A stretch of DNA of 64,000 nucleotides from the NCBI GenBank assembly GCA_965248355.1, contig OZ252098.1, positions 4,960,001-5,024,000 on the forward strand. The letters are read 5' to 3'. Shown here in pieces: positions 18,875 to 28,970 of this stretch. A model generated the notes under the pieces. That model did no database searches. It was not told the origin of the DNA and worked only from the letters and a program-made list of their open reading frames with translations. Each line of letters begins with the position of its first letter. The stretch's first letter is position 1. The translations under genes were made by a program, and so were the position numbers. The DNA comes from Candidatus Latescibacterota bacterium (GTDB taxonomy: Bacteria > Latescibacterota > UBA2968 > UBA8231).

Positions 18875-19581
18875 TGGGTTCCATGCCCGCCCCGGCGGCC
18901 GGCCCGCTTTTCGATCTGCGGGACGAGCACGTTCGCCAGGGCGCCACCGAGGCCCTGCGCGGCGTCGATCTGCGGGTCGAGCGCGGCGAGAAGGTGGTCG
19001 TCATCGGCCCCAGCGGCGCCGGCAAGTCCACCCTGCTGCGGGTCCTCCAGGCCCGCCGACCGGCCGACTCCGCCTGCGTGCACCAGGACTACGCCCTGGT
19101 GCCGCAACTGTCGGCGTTCCACAACGTCTACGCCGGCCGCCTCGACCGGAACTCGACTCTCGCCAGTCTCGTGGACCTGGTGAAGCCCCGCCGCCGGGTG
19201 GTTGAGGAGGTGCGTCCCCTCTTTCGCGACCTCGGCCTGGAGGACAAGCTCTTCGAGGCGGTGAGCCAGCTCTCCGGCGGCCAGCAGCAGCGGGTCGCCG
19301 TGGGGCGGGCCCTCTACCAGGGGGGCAGCGTGGTCCTCGCGGACGAACCGGTGTCGGCCGTCGATCCCCATCAGGCCGGCGATGTCCTGGAACTGCTCAA
19401 GGCCCGCTGCGAGACCGCGGTGGTGGCCATGCACGACGTCGACCTCGCACTGCAGCACTTCGACAGGGCCGTGGGACTGCGCGAGGGACGGATCGCCTTC
19501 GATCTGCGCTCCGCCGAGGTCGGCGCCCGGCGGCTGCAAGCGCTGTACCGCGGCGAAGCGAGTCCCGAACCATCGACCTGA
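18874..19581 (+). CDS. PhnC-like ABC ATP-binding protein (compact)
   Basis: GPSGAGKST, LSGGQQQRVA, LADEP and MHD motifs. Confidence 0.88.
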   Translation: MGSMPAPAAGPLFDLRDEHVRQGATEALRGVDLRVERGEKVVVIGPSGAGKSTLLRVLQARRPADSACVHQDYALVPQLSAFHNVYAGRLDRNSTLASLVDLVKPRRRVVEEVRPLFRDLGLEDKLFEAVSQLSGGQQQRVAVGRALYQGGSVVLADEPVSAVDPHQAGDVLELLKARCETAVVAMHDVDLALQHFDRAVGLREGRIAFDLRSAEVGARRLQALYRGEASPEPST

Positions 19582-19591
19582 GACATCCGCC

Positions 19592-21088
19592 GTGCTGAAG
19601 GCGAGCCTGTGGTTCCTGGCGGTGGGCCTCGTCTGCCTGGCCCTGGCCGACGTCGAGGTCGTCACCCTCGACCCGTGGGGCGAGCTGGGGCGCCTGCTCT
19701 CGGGGTTCGCGCGTCCCGACCTGCGGGTGCTGCCGGCCCTCGGGGAGGCCCTGCTCAACACCATCACCTTCGCCTTCTGCGGCCTCTCCCTGGCCGTGAT
19801 CCTCGGCTCGGGGCTCGCCTTTTTCTTCGAGCACCGCGTCGTGCGTCTCGGCTGCGCCGCCGTGCGCGCCGTCCACGAGATCTTCTGGGCCTTCCTGTTC
19901 CTGCCCATGATAGGGCTCAACCCGGTCTGCGGCGTGCTGGCCATCGCCATCCCCTACGCCGGCGTCTTCGCCAAGGTCTACGCCGAGATCCTGCAGGAGG
20001 CCGACCGCCGGCCCATGCAGGCCCTGCCTCCGGGCTCGACGGAGGTCAGCCGGTTCTGCTACGGGGTGCTGCCCACCATCTGGCCCAACCTGAAGGCCTA
20101 CACCGCCTACCGCCTGGAGTGCGCCCTGCGCTCCAGCGCGGTCCTCGGCTTCATCGGCCTCCCAACCCTCGGCTTCCACCTGGAGACCGCCTTCCGGGAG
20201 GGCCTGTACGGCGAGGCGGCGGCCCTGCTCTACGTCTTCTACTTGCTCATCGCGTCGTTGAGGTACTGGGTCCGCCCCCGGCTGGTGGCGCTCTACGCGG
20301 GGCTGTCGGCGTGGGCCGTGTCGCCGGAGGTCCACCTCTCCTGGGTCAACGTGAAGCGCTTCCTGACCTGGGAGATCCTGCCCTGGCCGATGCGGCGGGA
20401 GGGCTTCCTCGACGGCAGTCTCGACATCGCCTTTCCAGGGGATCAGGTCTGGGCGTGGTGCGGCGAGCTGGTGCGCGGTCAGGCCCTGCCGGGCCTGTGG
20501 AGCACGGTCCTGCTCACCCAGGTGGCGCTGGCGGCCACCGCCCTCTTCGCCGTCGCCTTCCTGGGCGCTGCCTGCCGCCACGTGAGCCCGGGGCCGGTGC
20601 GCAAACTCGTGCACTTCGGCCTCATCGTCGGGCGCACGACGCCCGAATACATCCTCGCCTACATCTTCCTGCAGTTGTGGGGGCCGTCGATGCTTCCCGC
20701 CCTGGTCGCCATCCTGCTGCACAACGGCGCCATCCTGTCCTACCTCGGCGCCGGCTCGGCGAACGTGATGCGGCTGCGGCCCGACGCCCCGCGCGGCGCT
20801 CTCGACCGCTACGCCTGGGAGGTTCTGCCCCGGGTCTACGGACAGTTCCTCGCCTTCCTGTTCTACCGCTGGGAGGTGATGATGCGAGAGTCCGCGATCC
20901 TCGGGATCCTGGGGGTCACAACCCTCGGGTTCTTCATCGACAGCGCCATCGCCGAAGACAAGCTCGACCAGGCCGTGGTGCTCATCGGGTTCACGGCCCT
21001 GCTCAACATGGGGATCGACTCGATCTCGCAGGTGGTGCGGCGCCGGCTGCGGCTGGCCTCGGGAGCCTCCCTGGCCGTCGCCGACTGA
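19592..21088 (+). CDS. Fused double PhnE/PtxC-like ABC permease
   Basis: Two permease halves (YRLECALRSSAVLGFIG and YRWEVMMRESAILGILG); start position approximate. Confidence 0.85.
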   Translation: MLKASLWFLAVGLVCLALADVEVVTLDPWGELGRLLSGFARPDLRVLPALGEALLNTITFAFCGLSLAVILGSGLAFFFEHRVVRLGCAAVRAVHEIFWAFLFLPMIGLNPVCGVLAIAIPYAGVFAKVYAEILQEADRRPMQALPPGSTEVSRFCYGVLPTIWPNLKAYTAYRLECALRSSAVLGFIGLPTLGFHLETAFREGLYGEAAALLYVFYLLIASLRYWVRPRLVALYAGLSAWAVSPEVHLSWVNVKRFLTWEILPWPMRREGFLDGSLDIAFPGDQVWAWCGELVRGQALPGLWSTVLLTQVALAATALFAVAFLGAACRHVSPGPVRKLVHFGLIVGRTTPEYILAYIFLQLWGPSMLPALVAILLHNGAILSYLGAGSANVMRLRPDAPRGALDRYAWEVLPRVYGQFLAFLFYRWEVMMRESAILGILGVTTLGFFIDSAIAEDKLDQAVVLIGFTALLNMGIDSISQVVRRRLRLASGASLAVAD

Positions 21089-22105
21089 TCATCGGGAGGT
21101 CGCGGGGGTCATCAGACTCAGGCTGAACCGCCTCCCTCCGTCGAGCCACTGACGCTCGATGGCGAAGCCGGCGGCCGCCGACAGCTCCGCGATCCCCTCG
21201 AGGGAGTACTTGCATGAATTCTCGGTGTGGATCGTCTCTCCCTCGTCGAAGGAGAGGTGCAGACCGAGGGCCTCGATCCAGACGGTCTGGTCCCTCAGCG
21301 ACCGCAGGTGCATCTCCATCCGTCCCCCGGCCTCGTTCCAGCGGGCCTCGTGGGCGAATGCGTCCGTTTCGAAGCGGCCGTCCAGCTCGCGGTTGATGCG
21401 CTCCAGAAGGTTCAGGTTGAATTGCGCCGTCACCCCGGCGTCGTCGTCGTAGGCGGCCACCAGGGTCGCCGGGTCCTTGCGCAGGTCGATGCCGATGAGC
21501 AGAGCGTCCCCGGGGCGCATGGCCCGGCCCAGGCGCCGCAGGAAGCGCACGGCCTCCTGCGGGGTGAAGTTGCCCACGTTCGAGCCCAGCCACAGCACCA
21601 GCCTCGGCGGCCCTCCCTCGGCCTCGAGGTAAGCCAGGCCCTCGTGATACTCGCCGGCCACGGCCAGCACCTCCAGATCGGGGTAGGTCTGCACGAGGGT
21701 CAGCGAGCTCTCCCGCAGCATGGAGCTCGAGATGTCGACGGGGATGAAGCGCAGCCGCCCCTGGCGGCGGAGCAGGGCCTCGATGACGAGCCGGGTCTTG
21801 CCGGAGTTGCCGGAGCCGAGGTCGACGAGGTCCACGGGTTGTCCGAGACCGGCGGCCAGCTCGTCGGCATGGGCCTCGAGGATGGACCGCTCCGCCCGCG
21901 TCAGGTAGTACTCCGGCAGCTCGCAGATGCGCTCGAACAGCCGCGATCCCCGTTCGTCGTAGAAATAGAGACAGGGAAGCCGCTTCGGCCGGGCCGTCAG
22001 CCCGGCGCGCACGTGGCCGGCCAAGTCTGCGCTCGGGCGGCCTTCCGGGGCGGCGACCAGCGTCAGGCTGTCCGAGTCGGTGGGAACTTCCCTGAAGCCG
22101 TGAAT
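21089..22105 (-). CDS. egtD: L-histidine N(alpha)-methyltransferase EgtD
   Basis: YFYDERGSRLFERICELPEYYLTRAE, DLGSG, GSNVGN, AYDD, FNLN and IHTENSCKY motifs. First canonical start is TTG 22024; an in-frame ATT at 22105 follows a CAGGAG RBS. Confidence 0.9.
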   Translation of the reverse strand: MHGFREVPTDSDSLTLVAAPEGRPSADLAGHVRAGLTARPKRLPCLYFYDERGSRLFERICELPEYYLTRAERSILEAHADELAAGLGQPVDLVDLGSGNSGKTRLVIEALLRRQGRLRFIPVDISSSMLRESSLTLVQTYPDLEVLAVAGEYHEGLAYLEAEGGPPRLVLWLGSNVGNFTPQEAVRFLRRLGRAMRPGDALLIGIDLRKDPATLVAAYDDDAGVTAQFNLNLLERINRELDGRFETDAFAHEARWNEAGGRMEMHLRSLRDQTVWIEALGLHLSFDEGETIHTENSCKYSLEGIAELSAAAGFAIERQWLDGGRRFSLSLMTPATSR

Positions 22106-22329
22106 GGAGGTCTCCTGCGGATGACGATTCTTCGGAAGGGGGCCGGTCCCGGGCCTCCCCGGGAATCGAGAAGGCGGATTATAGGGAACATGCGGGGCAG
22201 GGGCGACGGGGAGGGCGGACGGCGCCGCGGTTGCCCGGCTGTGAGCGGCATGGCTTTCGCAAGCCCCGTGTGGCTCCGGCCGGCCGCTGCCGCGGCCTCG
22301 CTCCGGGCGTCACCTCCAGGATCGCGAAC

Positions 22330-23109
22330 GTGTCCCCCGGCACCCGGATCCCCGGCCTCCCGGCCGCCCTCCTCGACTTCGTCTATCCCCCCCACTGTCC
22401 GGCCTGCGAGTCCTGGCAGGAGCCGGGGGACCGCGAGGCCCTCTGCAACCGCTGCATCGCCGAGATTCAGGCCCCCCTCGGGCGCCGGTGCCGCCGCTGC
22501 GGAGCCCCGGAGGCGTCTCCTCCGCAAGCGCGCGGCCCCTCCGGGCCGGTCTGCCCGAACTGCGCCGGCTGGCCCGACCGGGCCTTCTCGCGGGCCGTGG
22601 TCCTGACCGATCTCGACGGTGCGGCCCAGCCCGCCGTCCACGCCCTCAAGTTCGGTGGCATCCAGAGGATCGGATCCCTCCTGGGCCGCCTTCTGGCGAC
22701 CGCTCCGGACACCTCCGGACCGCTGTCCGACCTGGATCTGCTGGTGCCCGTGCCCCTGCACCCGGCCCGGCAGCGGGAGCGCGGCTTCAACCAGGCCGAT
22801 CTGATCGCCCGCGGAGCGGGTGAGGTTCTCGGCGTGCCGGTCCGCGGAGACCTGGTGCGCCGGGCCCGCCCGACCCGCCAGCAGGCGCGCCTGGAGGCCG
22901 TTGACCGGGCCCGCAACCTGGCCGGGGCCTTCGCCCCCAGGGGGCCCACGGCCTGGGACATCTCTCCGCGCGCCATCGGTCTGGTGGATGACGTGCTCAC
23001 CACGGGCACGACCTTGTCCGCCTGCGCCGCCGTCCTGGGAGGCATCGCCCCGGGCGCCGAGATCCTCGCCGTCGCCGTGGCCGGTCCCTTCCGCCGGCCC
23101 CGACGTTGA
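22330..23109 (+). CDS. comF: ComF family phosphoribosyltransferase with Zn-ribbon
   Basis: CxxC pairs, VPVPLH..RGFNQA and LVDDVLTTGTT motifs; start uncertain (22231-22330). Confidence 0.85.
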   Translation: MSPGTRIPGLPAALLDFVYPPHCPACESWQEPGDREALCNRCIAEIQAPLGRRCRRCGAPEASPPQARGPSGPVCPNCAGWPDRAFSRAVVLTDLDGAAQPAVHALKFGGIQRIGSLLGRLLATAPDTSGPLSDLDLLVPVPLHPARQRERGFNQADLIARGAGEVLGVPVRGDLVRRARPTRQQARLEAVDRARNLAGAFAPRGPTAWDISPRAIGLVDDVLTTGTTLSACAAVLGGIAPGAEILAVAVAGPFRRPRR

Positions 23110-23237
23110 CCTGACCTCTGGGGGACCTAGCTTAAGGCTGGTTCCCGCGGCAGTCCGACGCGGCCCCCAAGCGGGGCCGCGCTTGCCCGACCTCATGCCG
23201 CGGTCCGCCGGTCGACCACCTCCACAGGCCAAGGCAG

Positions 23238-24275
23238 ATGACCATCAAGACAGTCGGCATCCTCACCGGTGGCGGCGATTGCCCCGGACTCAACGCCGTT
23301 ATCCGGGCGGTGGTCCGCAAGGGGATCTCCCACTACGGTTACCGCTTCCGCGGGGTCCAGAAGGGTTGGAAGGGCTTGATGGAGTGCCTCTGGGAACCCC
23401 TGGGCCACGAGGAGGTGTCCGGCATCCTGCCCAAGGGCGGCACCATCCTCGGAACCTCGCGCACCAACCCCTACAAGATCCCCGATGGCGGCGACATCGT
23501 CATGGAGAACATGAAGCGCATGAAGCTCGACGCCCTGATCGCCATCGGGGGCGACGACACGCTCACCGTGGCCCACAAGCTGGCCTCGGCCGGCGCCGCC
23601 GTGGTGGGCGTGCCCAAGACGATCGACAACGACATCTCCAACACCGACTACACCTTCGGCTTCGACACCGCCGTCAACATCGTCACCGAGGCTCTCGACC
23701 GCATCCACACGACGGCCGAGTCCCACAACCGCGTGATGGTCGTCGAGGTGATGGGGCGGCACTCGGGCTGGATCGCCACCTACGCCGGCATCGCCGGCGG
23801 CGCCGACCTGATCCTGATCCCCGAGCAGAGCATCTCCATTCAGGAGACCATCGACATCATCAAGATGCGCCACGACAGGGGCAAGGACTTCAGCATCGTC
23901 GTCGTCGCCGAAGGGGTGAAGTTCGACGGCGACGAATACGTGGTGCAGGAGGGCGGTACCGACGAGTTCGGACATGTCAAGCTCGGCGGCGTGGGCCAAC
24001 TGGTGGGGGATGCCATCGAGAGGGAGACCGGTTTCGAGACCCGCGTCATCGTGCTGGGGCACCTGCAGCGCGGCGGGACCCCCACGGCTTTCGACCGGGT
24101 TCTCGGGACGCGCTACGGCATCGCGGCCATCGATCTGGTCAAGACCGGGGATTGGGGCAAGATGGTCGCCCTCCAGGGCGACGAGATCGTGGCCCTGCCT
24201 CTGGAGAGGGGAATCGGTGAGCTGAAGAGGGTGGGGGTGGAGCTGTACGATATCTCGCGCGTGTTCTTCGGCTGA
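23238..24275 (+). CDS. pfkA: 6-phosphofructokinase (PfkA family; GGDD/PKTIDND signature)
   Basis: LTGGGDCPGLN, GGTILGTSR, EVMGR and LGHLQRGG motifs. Confidence 0.95.
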   Translation: MTIKTVGILTGGGDCPGLNAVIRAVVRKGISHYGYRFRGVQKGWKGLMECLWEPLGHEEVSGILPKGGTILGTSRTNPYKIPDGGDIVMENMKRMKLDALIAIGGDDTLTVAHKLASAGAAVVGVPKTIDNDISNTDYTFGFDTAVNIVTEALDRIHTTAESHNRVMVVEVMGRHSGWIATYAGIAGGADLILIPEQSISIQETIDIIKMRHDRGKDFSIVVVAEGVKFDGDEYVVQEGGTDEFGHVKLGGVGQLVGDAIERETGFETRVIVLGHLQRGGTPTAFDRVLGTRYGIAAIDLVKTGDWGKMVALQGDEIVALPLERGIGELKRVGVELYDISRVFFG

Positions 24276-24294
24276 CCGGAAGGAGCCCTGTGGC

Positions 24295-25488
24295 ATGGCC
24301 AAGCAGACGATTGACGACATCGATGTGGCGGGGAAACGGATCCTGGTGCGGGAGGACTTCAACGTGCCCCTCGACGGGGACCAGCGGATCATCGACGACA
24401 GGCGCGTCCGCGCCGCCCTCCCCACATTGTGGCAATTGCTCGAAAAGGGCTCCTCTCTGGTGCTCATGTCCCATCTCGGGCGGCCCAGGGGCCAGGTGCG
24501 ATCCGGGCTCTCCCTGGAACCGATCGTCCAGGAGCTGCACGCCCATCTCGGCACCAGCGTGCACCTGGCGCCCGACTGCATCGGGGAAGAGACGGCGCGA
24601 CTGGCCGCGGAGCTGAAGCCGGGCAGCGTGCTGCTCCTCGAGAACCTGCGCTTCCACGCCGGGGAGGAGGCCAACGACAGCGACTTCGCGCGCCAACTGG
24701 CCGAGCTGGGCGACGGCATCTTCGTGAACGACGCCTTCGGAGCCGCCCATCGGGCCCACGCCTCGACGGAGGGCATCACCAGGCATGTGGAGCACAGCGT
24801 CGCCGGCTACCTGATGAAGAAGGAGCTGCAGTACCTGCAGGAGGCCCTCTCCGATCCCGCGCGGCCCTTCGTCGCCATTCTCGGCGGCGCCAAGGTGGCG
24901 GACAAGATCGAGGTGATCGAGAACCTGCTCGACAAGGTCGACGCCCTGCTCATCGGCGGCGGCATGGCCTATACCTTCCTCAAGGCGCGGGGTCTCGAGA
25001 TCGGCAACTCCCTGTGCGACGAGGAGTCGGTGTCGGTGGCCGCGGATCTGCAGTCGAAGGCCGGCGACAGGCTGGTCCTGCCGGTGGACTGCATCGTCGC
25101 CCGGAGGGTGGCCGCCGGCGCCGAGCACGAAACCGTGGCCGTCGACGCCATCCCCTCCGACCGCGGGGGCGTCGACATCGGGCCGCTGACCCGGGAGCGC
25201 TTCGTCGAACACCTGAGCCAGGCCGGGACGGTGCTGTGGAACGGACCCCTCGGCGTCTTCGAGATCGACGACTTCGCCGCCGGCACGACGGCCGTGGCCC
25301 GCGCCCTGGAGCAGGCCACCTGGGAGTCGGGAGCGGTGAGCATCATCGGCGGCGGGGACACCGCCGCCGCCGTGGCCAAGGCCGGCGCCGGCAAGCGCAT
25401 GTCCCACATCTCCACGGGCGGGGGGGCCTCCCTCGAAGCCCTGGGAGGCAGGGTCCTGCCGGGGGTCGCCGCCCTCGACGACGGGTGA
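24295..25488 (+). CDS. pgk: Phosphoglycerate kinase
   Basis: DFNVP, SHLGRP, LLENLRF, WNGPLG and STGGGASLE motifs. Confidence 0.97.
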   Translation: MAKQTIDDIDVAGKRILVREDFNVPLDGDQRIIDDRRVRAALPTLWQLLEKGSSLVLMSHLGRPRGQVRSGLSLEPIVQELHAHLGTSVHLAPDCIGEETARLAAELKPGSVLLLENLRFHAGEEANDSDFARQLAELGDGIFVNDAFGAAHRAHASTEGITRHVEHSVAGYLMKKELQYLQEALSDPARPFVAILGGAKVADKIEVIENLLDKVDALLIGGGMAYTFLKARGLEIGNSLCDEESVSVAADLQSKAGDRLVLPVDCIVARRVAAGAEHETVAVDAIPSDRGGVDIGPLTRERFVEHLSQAGTVLWNGPLGVFEIDDFAAGTTAVARALEQATWESGAVSIIGGGDTAAAVAKAGAGKRMSHISTGGGASLEALGGRVLPGVAALDDG

Positions 25489-26255
25489 TGACGCGGTCCA
25501 TGCGAAGACCCCTCGTGGCCGCCAACTGGAAGATGAACCTGTCGCCGCAGGAGGGCGCCGCCCTGGCTCGCAAGCTCCTGCCCCGGATCCGGGGAGAGAC
25601 CGGTTCCGTCGACGTCGTCCTCTGTCCACCCTACCTCGGCCTGGCGGCGGTCGGGGCCGAGCTGGCGGGCAGCGCGGTCGGTCTGGGAGCCCAGAACGCG
25701 CACTGGGAAGAGAGCGGCGCCTTTACCGGCGAGGTGTCCCCCGGGATGCTGTTGACCCTTGCCTGCCAATGGGTTATACTGGGACATTCTGAGCGGCGGC
25801 AGCTGTTCGGAGAGACCGACGAGGGCGTGAGCCGGCGCACCCGGGCGGCTCTCGGAGCGGGTCTGAAACCGATCCTCTGCATCGGCGAGACCCTCGGTCA
25901 GCGTGAGGCCGGTCAGGCCGAGAGCATCGTTCTGGGACAGTTGGACCGGGGCCTCGAGGGGCTCTCGGCCGAGCAGGTTCTCTCGGTCGCCGTGGCCTAC
26001 GAGCCGGTCTGGGCGATCGGCACCGGCCGCACCGCCACCCCCGAGGAGGCTCAGGTCGTTCACGCTCTGATTCGTGCCCGCCTGCGCGAGAGCTTCGGCG
26101 AGGCGGCCGAAACCGTGCGCATCCAGTACGGCGGCAGCGTCAAGTCGGACAATGCCGCCGAGTTGTTCGGCCAGGCCGACATCGACGGGGGCTTGATCGG
26201 CGGCGCCTCCCTCCGGGCCGAAGAATTCGCCGCCATCGTCCGCGCCGCCAACTGA
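25488..26255 (+). CDS. tpiA: Triosephosphate isomerase
   Basis: ANWKMN, GHSERR, AYEPVWAIGTG and YGGSV motifs. Confidence 0.97.
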   Translation: MTRSMRRPLVAANWKMNLSPQEGAALARKLLPRIRGETGSVDVVLCPPYLGLAAVGAELAGSAVGLGAQNAHWEESGAFTGEVSPGMLLTLACQWVILGHSERRQLFGETDEGVSRRTRAALGAGLKPILCIGETLGQREAGQAESIVLGQLDRGLEGLSAEQVLSVAVAYEPVWAIGTGRTATPEEAQVVHALIRARLRESFGEAAETVRIQYGGSVKSDNAAELFGQADIDGGLIGGASLRAEEFAAIVRAAN

Positions 26256-26270
26256 GACACAGGCCCCGCC

Positions 26271-26633
26271 ATGACCATCCTGCTGACCGTCGTCCACATC
26301 CTCGTCTGCATTCTGCTGGTCGTCGCCGTGCTGCTGCAGTCCGGCAAGGGCGGCGGACTGGCCGCGTCCGTGGGCGGCGGTCTGAGCTCTACCTCCGTCC
26401 TCGGCGGCCGGGCGGCCACCTCCTTCCTCACCAAGACGACGACCTACCTGGCCGCCGCCTTCCTGCTGCTGTGTCTCGTCCTGGCCGTGGCCTACGACGA
26501 GGACGAGGGGCTGCCGACGACGGCGAGCGAGCGTCTGCTGCAGGCGCAGGAGGGGGCGGCACCGGTTGCTCCCACGCCCTATCAGCCGCAGGCGGGCGAG
26601 CCGGAGGAGTCGGATGCGGTCCTGCCGCAGTGA
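26271..26633 (+). CDS. secG: Preprotein translocase subunit SecG
   Basis: VLLQSGKGGGLA; two TM helices; follows tpiA. Confidence 0.93.
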   Translation: MTILLTVVHILVCILLVVAVLLQSGKGGGLAASVGGGLSSTSVLGGRAATSFLTKTTTYLAAAFLLLCLVLAVAYDEDEGLPTTASERLLQAQEGAAPVAPTPYQPQAGEPEESDAVLPQ

Positions 26634-26636
26634 CTT

Positions 26637-26721
26637 GCGGAAGTGGTGAAATTGGTAGACACGCTGTCTTGAGGGGGCAGTGCCTTCGGGCGTCGGGGTT
26701 CGAGTCCCCGCTTCCGCACCA
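26637..26721 (+). tRNA. tRNA-Leu (anticodon GAG)
   Basis: GCGGAAG/CTTCCGC acceptor stem, CTGTC-TTGAGGG-GGCAG anticodon arm, long variable arm, GGTTCGAGT T-loop and encoded CCA. Confidence 0.95.
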
Positions 26722-26727
26722 TCCATG

Positions 26728-26763
26728 AAAGAGGCGCCTGCAGATCAACCTGCAGGCGCCTTT
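26728..26763 (+). terminator. Rho-independent terminator (possibly bidirectional)
   Basis: AGGCGCCTGCAG-atcaac-CTGCAGGCGCCT inverted repeat between convergent genes. Confidence 0.75.
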
Positions 26764-26820
26764 CGTCAATCGGCAGTGGAGGCGCGGACCGACGTCCCGT
26801 GGCCCGCGTCCGTCTTCGGC

Positions 26821-27102
26821 TCAGGCGGGAGGGTCCTTCGGGCCCCGCTCGAAACCCTCGAGCGAGATCGCCTCGTCGATCAGCATGATGGGGATCTCGT
26901 CCTCGATCGGATAGAGGTACTTCCGGTCCTCCCGCACCAGGCCTCCGTCGATCTTCCGTTCCACCCTGGCGCCGCTCCGGTTGGTCAGGTCGCCGCGCTC
27001 GATGCGGGCGTTGACCTCGTCCACCAGGGCCTGGCCGGCCAGGTGGATGGGCTCCTTCGTCTCCGGACAGGCGAGGATCTCCAGCAGTTCCTTGTCGATC
27101 AT
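26821..27102 (-). CDS. Trm112 family protein
   Basis: MIDKELLEILACP and YPIEDEIPIML motifs. Confidence 0.85.
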   Translation of the reverse strand: MIDKELLEILACPETKEPIHLAGQALVDEVNARIERGDLTNRSGARVERKIDGGLVREDRKYLYPIEDEIPIMLIDEAISLEGFERGPKDPPA

Positions 27103-27379
27103 CCTTGTCGCTCCCGGGCCTTGCTCCGTGGCCAAAGATAGCGCGCTCCCGCGCCAGCGGACAGCGGGCCCCTCGGGGGAAGATCCTTCCCCTCGAGGTC
27201 GGAATATTCCCCTCCAGGGCCGCCTGCAAGGTCCTCCTCCATCCCTCGGTAATTGCTTCTAAGGATCAGAAAAAACATGCAGTTGGGTATCCGGCTCCCG
27301 GCCCCTTCCGCGGTTCCGGTCCGAGCCTTGCAATGGCGGCGGCGGTCCCTCCGGGAGAACCGCCTTCGAAAGGACGACC

Positions 27380-27715
27380 GTGGAACCCATGGACTCGCCG
27401 CGGACGGCCGGCCGCGAGGAGAGGCTCGCAGTCATCGTCGACCGCTGTCTCCGGAGCGAGGCGGCTTACAAGCTGTTCGAAATGCTCGACACTATCGCCC
27501 GTCTCCCCGTGGACGAGCGCCTCGCCTACGTCGCGCGGGTGAGGGACTCGGGGTGGTACAACGAGGAGGAGATCCACGCCATCGAGCGGCTCGTCGTGAG
27601 CGGTACGGCGAGTGCCTTCAAAGAGGTGATCGATCAGGTCCGTCAGGAACGGGTGCAGCACGAAATCGAAAGGCTGACCGGCAGCCGGCGACGGCCCGCC
27701 CGAGAGTCTTCCTAG
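27380..27715 (+). CDS. Hypothetical protein (111 aa, helical)
   Basis: ORF with genome-typical codon usage; AAGGA RBS upstream. Confidence 0.6.
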   Translation: MEPMDSPRTAGREERLAVIVDRCLRSEAAYKLFEMLDTIARLPVDERLAYVARVRDSGWYNEEEIHAIERLVVSGTASAFKEVIDQVRQERVQHEIERLTGSRRRPARESS

Positions 27716-28956
27716 GCGGTCAGCCGGCGGGCGTGTCGCTGGATCTTTGAGACCGCCTCGGCGATGCCGGCCATGTCCTCCTCGGTGCCGAGGAGCAGGT
27801 TCTGGGTGAGCCAGACCGCTTCGTCGGCACAGATGCGCTCCGTAACCGGGCAGTCGACGGTCGTGTAGTCGGGTCGTCCGCCGAAGGCGGGAGATTCGAG
27901 AGGATAGTCGCGGAACCGGGCCTGGAAGGCCGGCTCGCGGTACAGGGGCCGGTACCCGGAAGCGCAGGTAATGCCCTCGGCAGCCAGGGCTTCGAGGAAC
28001 CGTGCCCGGGGCACTCCAGAGAAGCCGGCCGGGTCGTATTGGAAGACGAACAAGTGGTAGGCGTGGCGGCTGACGCGCTCGTCCACGGCCAGCGGACGGA
28101 TCCCCTCGATCTCCGACAACAGCCCGGCCAGCAGGGCCCCGTTCTGCGAGCGCCGCCGGGTCTGCGACTCGAGGTTGCGCATCTGGCTGAGGAGCAGGGC
28201 CGCCTGAAGCTCCGTCATGCGGTAGTTGCCGCCCACCAGGGAATGCTCGTACCAGGCGCCGGTGCGGGTGCGCCCGCAGTTGTGGATCGACCAGGCGGCC
28301 TCCGACAGCTCCTCGTCGTCGCTGAGGATGAAGCCGCCCTCACCGGCGTTGAGGTTCTTGCTGGCCTGGAAGCTGAAGGTGCCGAGATCGCCGATGGCGC
28401 CGACGCGGCGGTGCCTCCATTCGGAGCAGTGGGCCTGGGCGGCATCTTCGATCAAGCGGAGTCCGCGGGAACGGCAAAGCCGGCCGAGGGCGTCCAGATC
28501 GGCCGGCTGGCCGGCGAAGTGGACGGCGATGACGGCGCGGGTGCGCTCGGTCAGGGCCGCTTCCACGGCGGCCGGATCGATGCAGTAGGTCCGGGGGTCG
28601 ACGTCGACGAAGACCGGCACGGCCCCGACGAGCGCCACCGAGGCGGCGGTGGCGACGAAGGTGTAGGAGGGGACGATCACCTCGTCTCCGAGACGGACCC
28701 CGGCGGCCTCGAGGGCCACCTGCAGGGCGGCCGTGCCGCTGCTGACGGCGACCCCGTGCCGGGCCTGGTGGAAGTGGGGAAACCGGCGCTCGATTTCGGC
28801 GACGCGGTCGCCGAGGAACCAGCGGCCGGAGCGCAGGACCTCGAGGATGGCCGCCTCGTCCTCGGCGCCGAACACGGGCCAGGACGGAAAGGGCTCGGAC
28901 CGCAGGGGAGCGCCGCCGAGCAGGGCGAGTCCGGTCGACGCGGACGCGGTGGTCAC
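27712..28956 (-). CDS. DegT/DnrJ/EryC1/StrS family PLP aminotransferase
   Basis: SSGTAAL, EDAAQAH, FSFQASKNLNAGEGG and NYRMTELQAA motifs. Confidence 0.92.
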   Translation of the reverse strand: MTTASASTGLALLGGAPLRSEPFPSWPVFGAEDEAAILEVLRSGRWFLGDRVAEIERRFPHFHQARHGVAVSSGTAALQVALEAAGVRLGDEVIVPSYTFVATAASVALVGAVPVFVDVDPRTYCIDPAAVEAALTERTRAVIAVHFAGQPADLDALGRLCRSRGLRLIEDAAQAHCSEWRHRRVGAIGDLGTFSFQASKNLNAGEGGFILSDDEELSEAAWSIHNCGRTRTGAWYEHSLVGGNYRMTELQAALLLSQMRNLESQTRRRSQNGALLAGLLSEIEGIRPLAVDERVSRHAYHLFVFQYDPAGFSGVPRARFLEALAAEGITCASGYRPLYREPAFQARFRDYPLESPAFGGRPDYTTVDCPVTERICADEAVWLTQNLLLGTEEDMAGIAEAVSKIQRHARRLTA

Positions 28957-28970
28957 TCCCGATCCCTCGC

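Noticed and set aside
26637..26770. tRNA-Leu as an integration site
   Set aside because: No integrase and no duplicated tRNA 3' end seen; the tRNA is followed by a terminator and housekeeping genes.
27170..27198. Imperfect hairpin in the trm112 intergenic region as an ncRNA
   Set aside because: Short GC-rich stem with no recognisable RNA family features.
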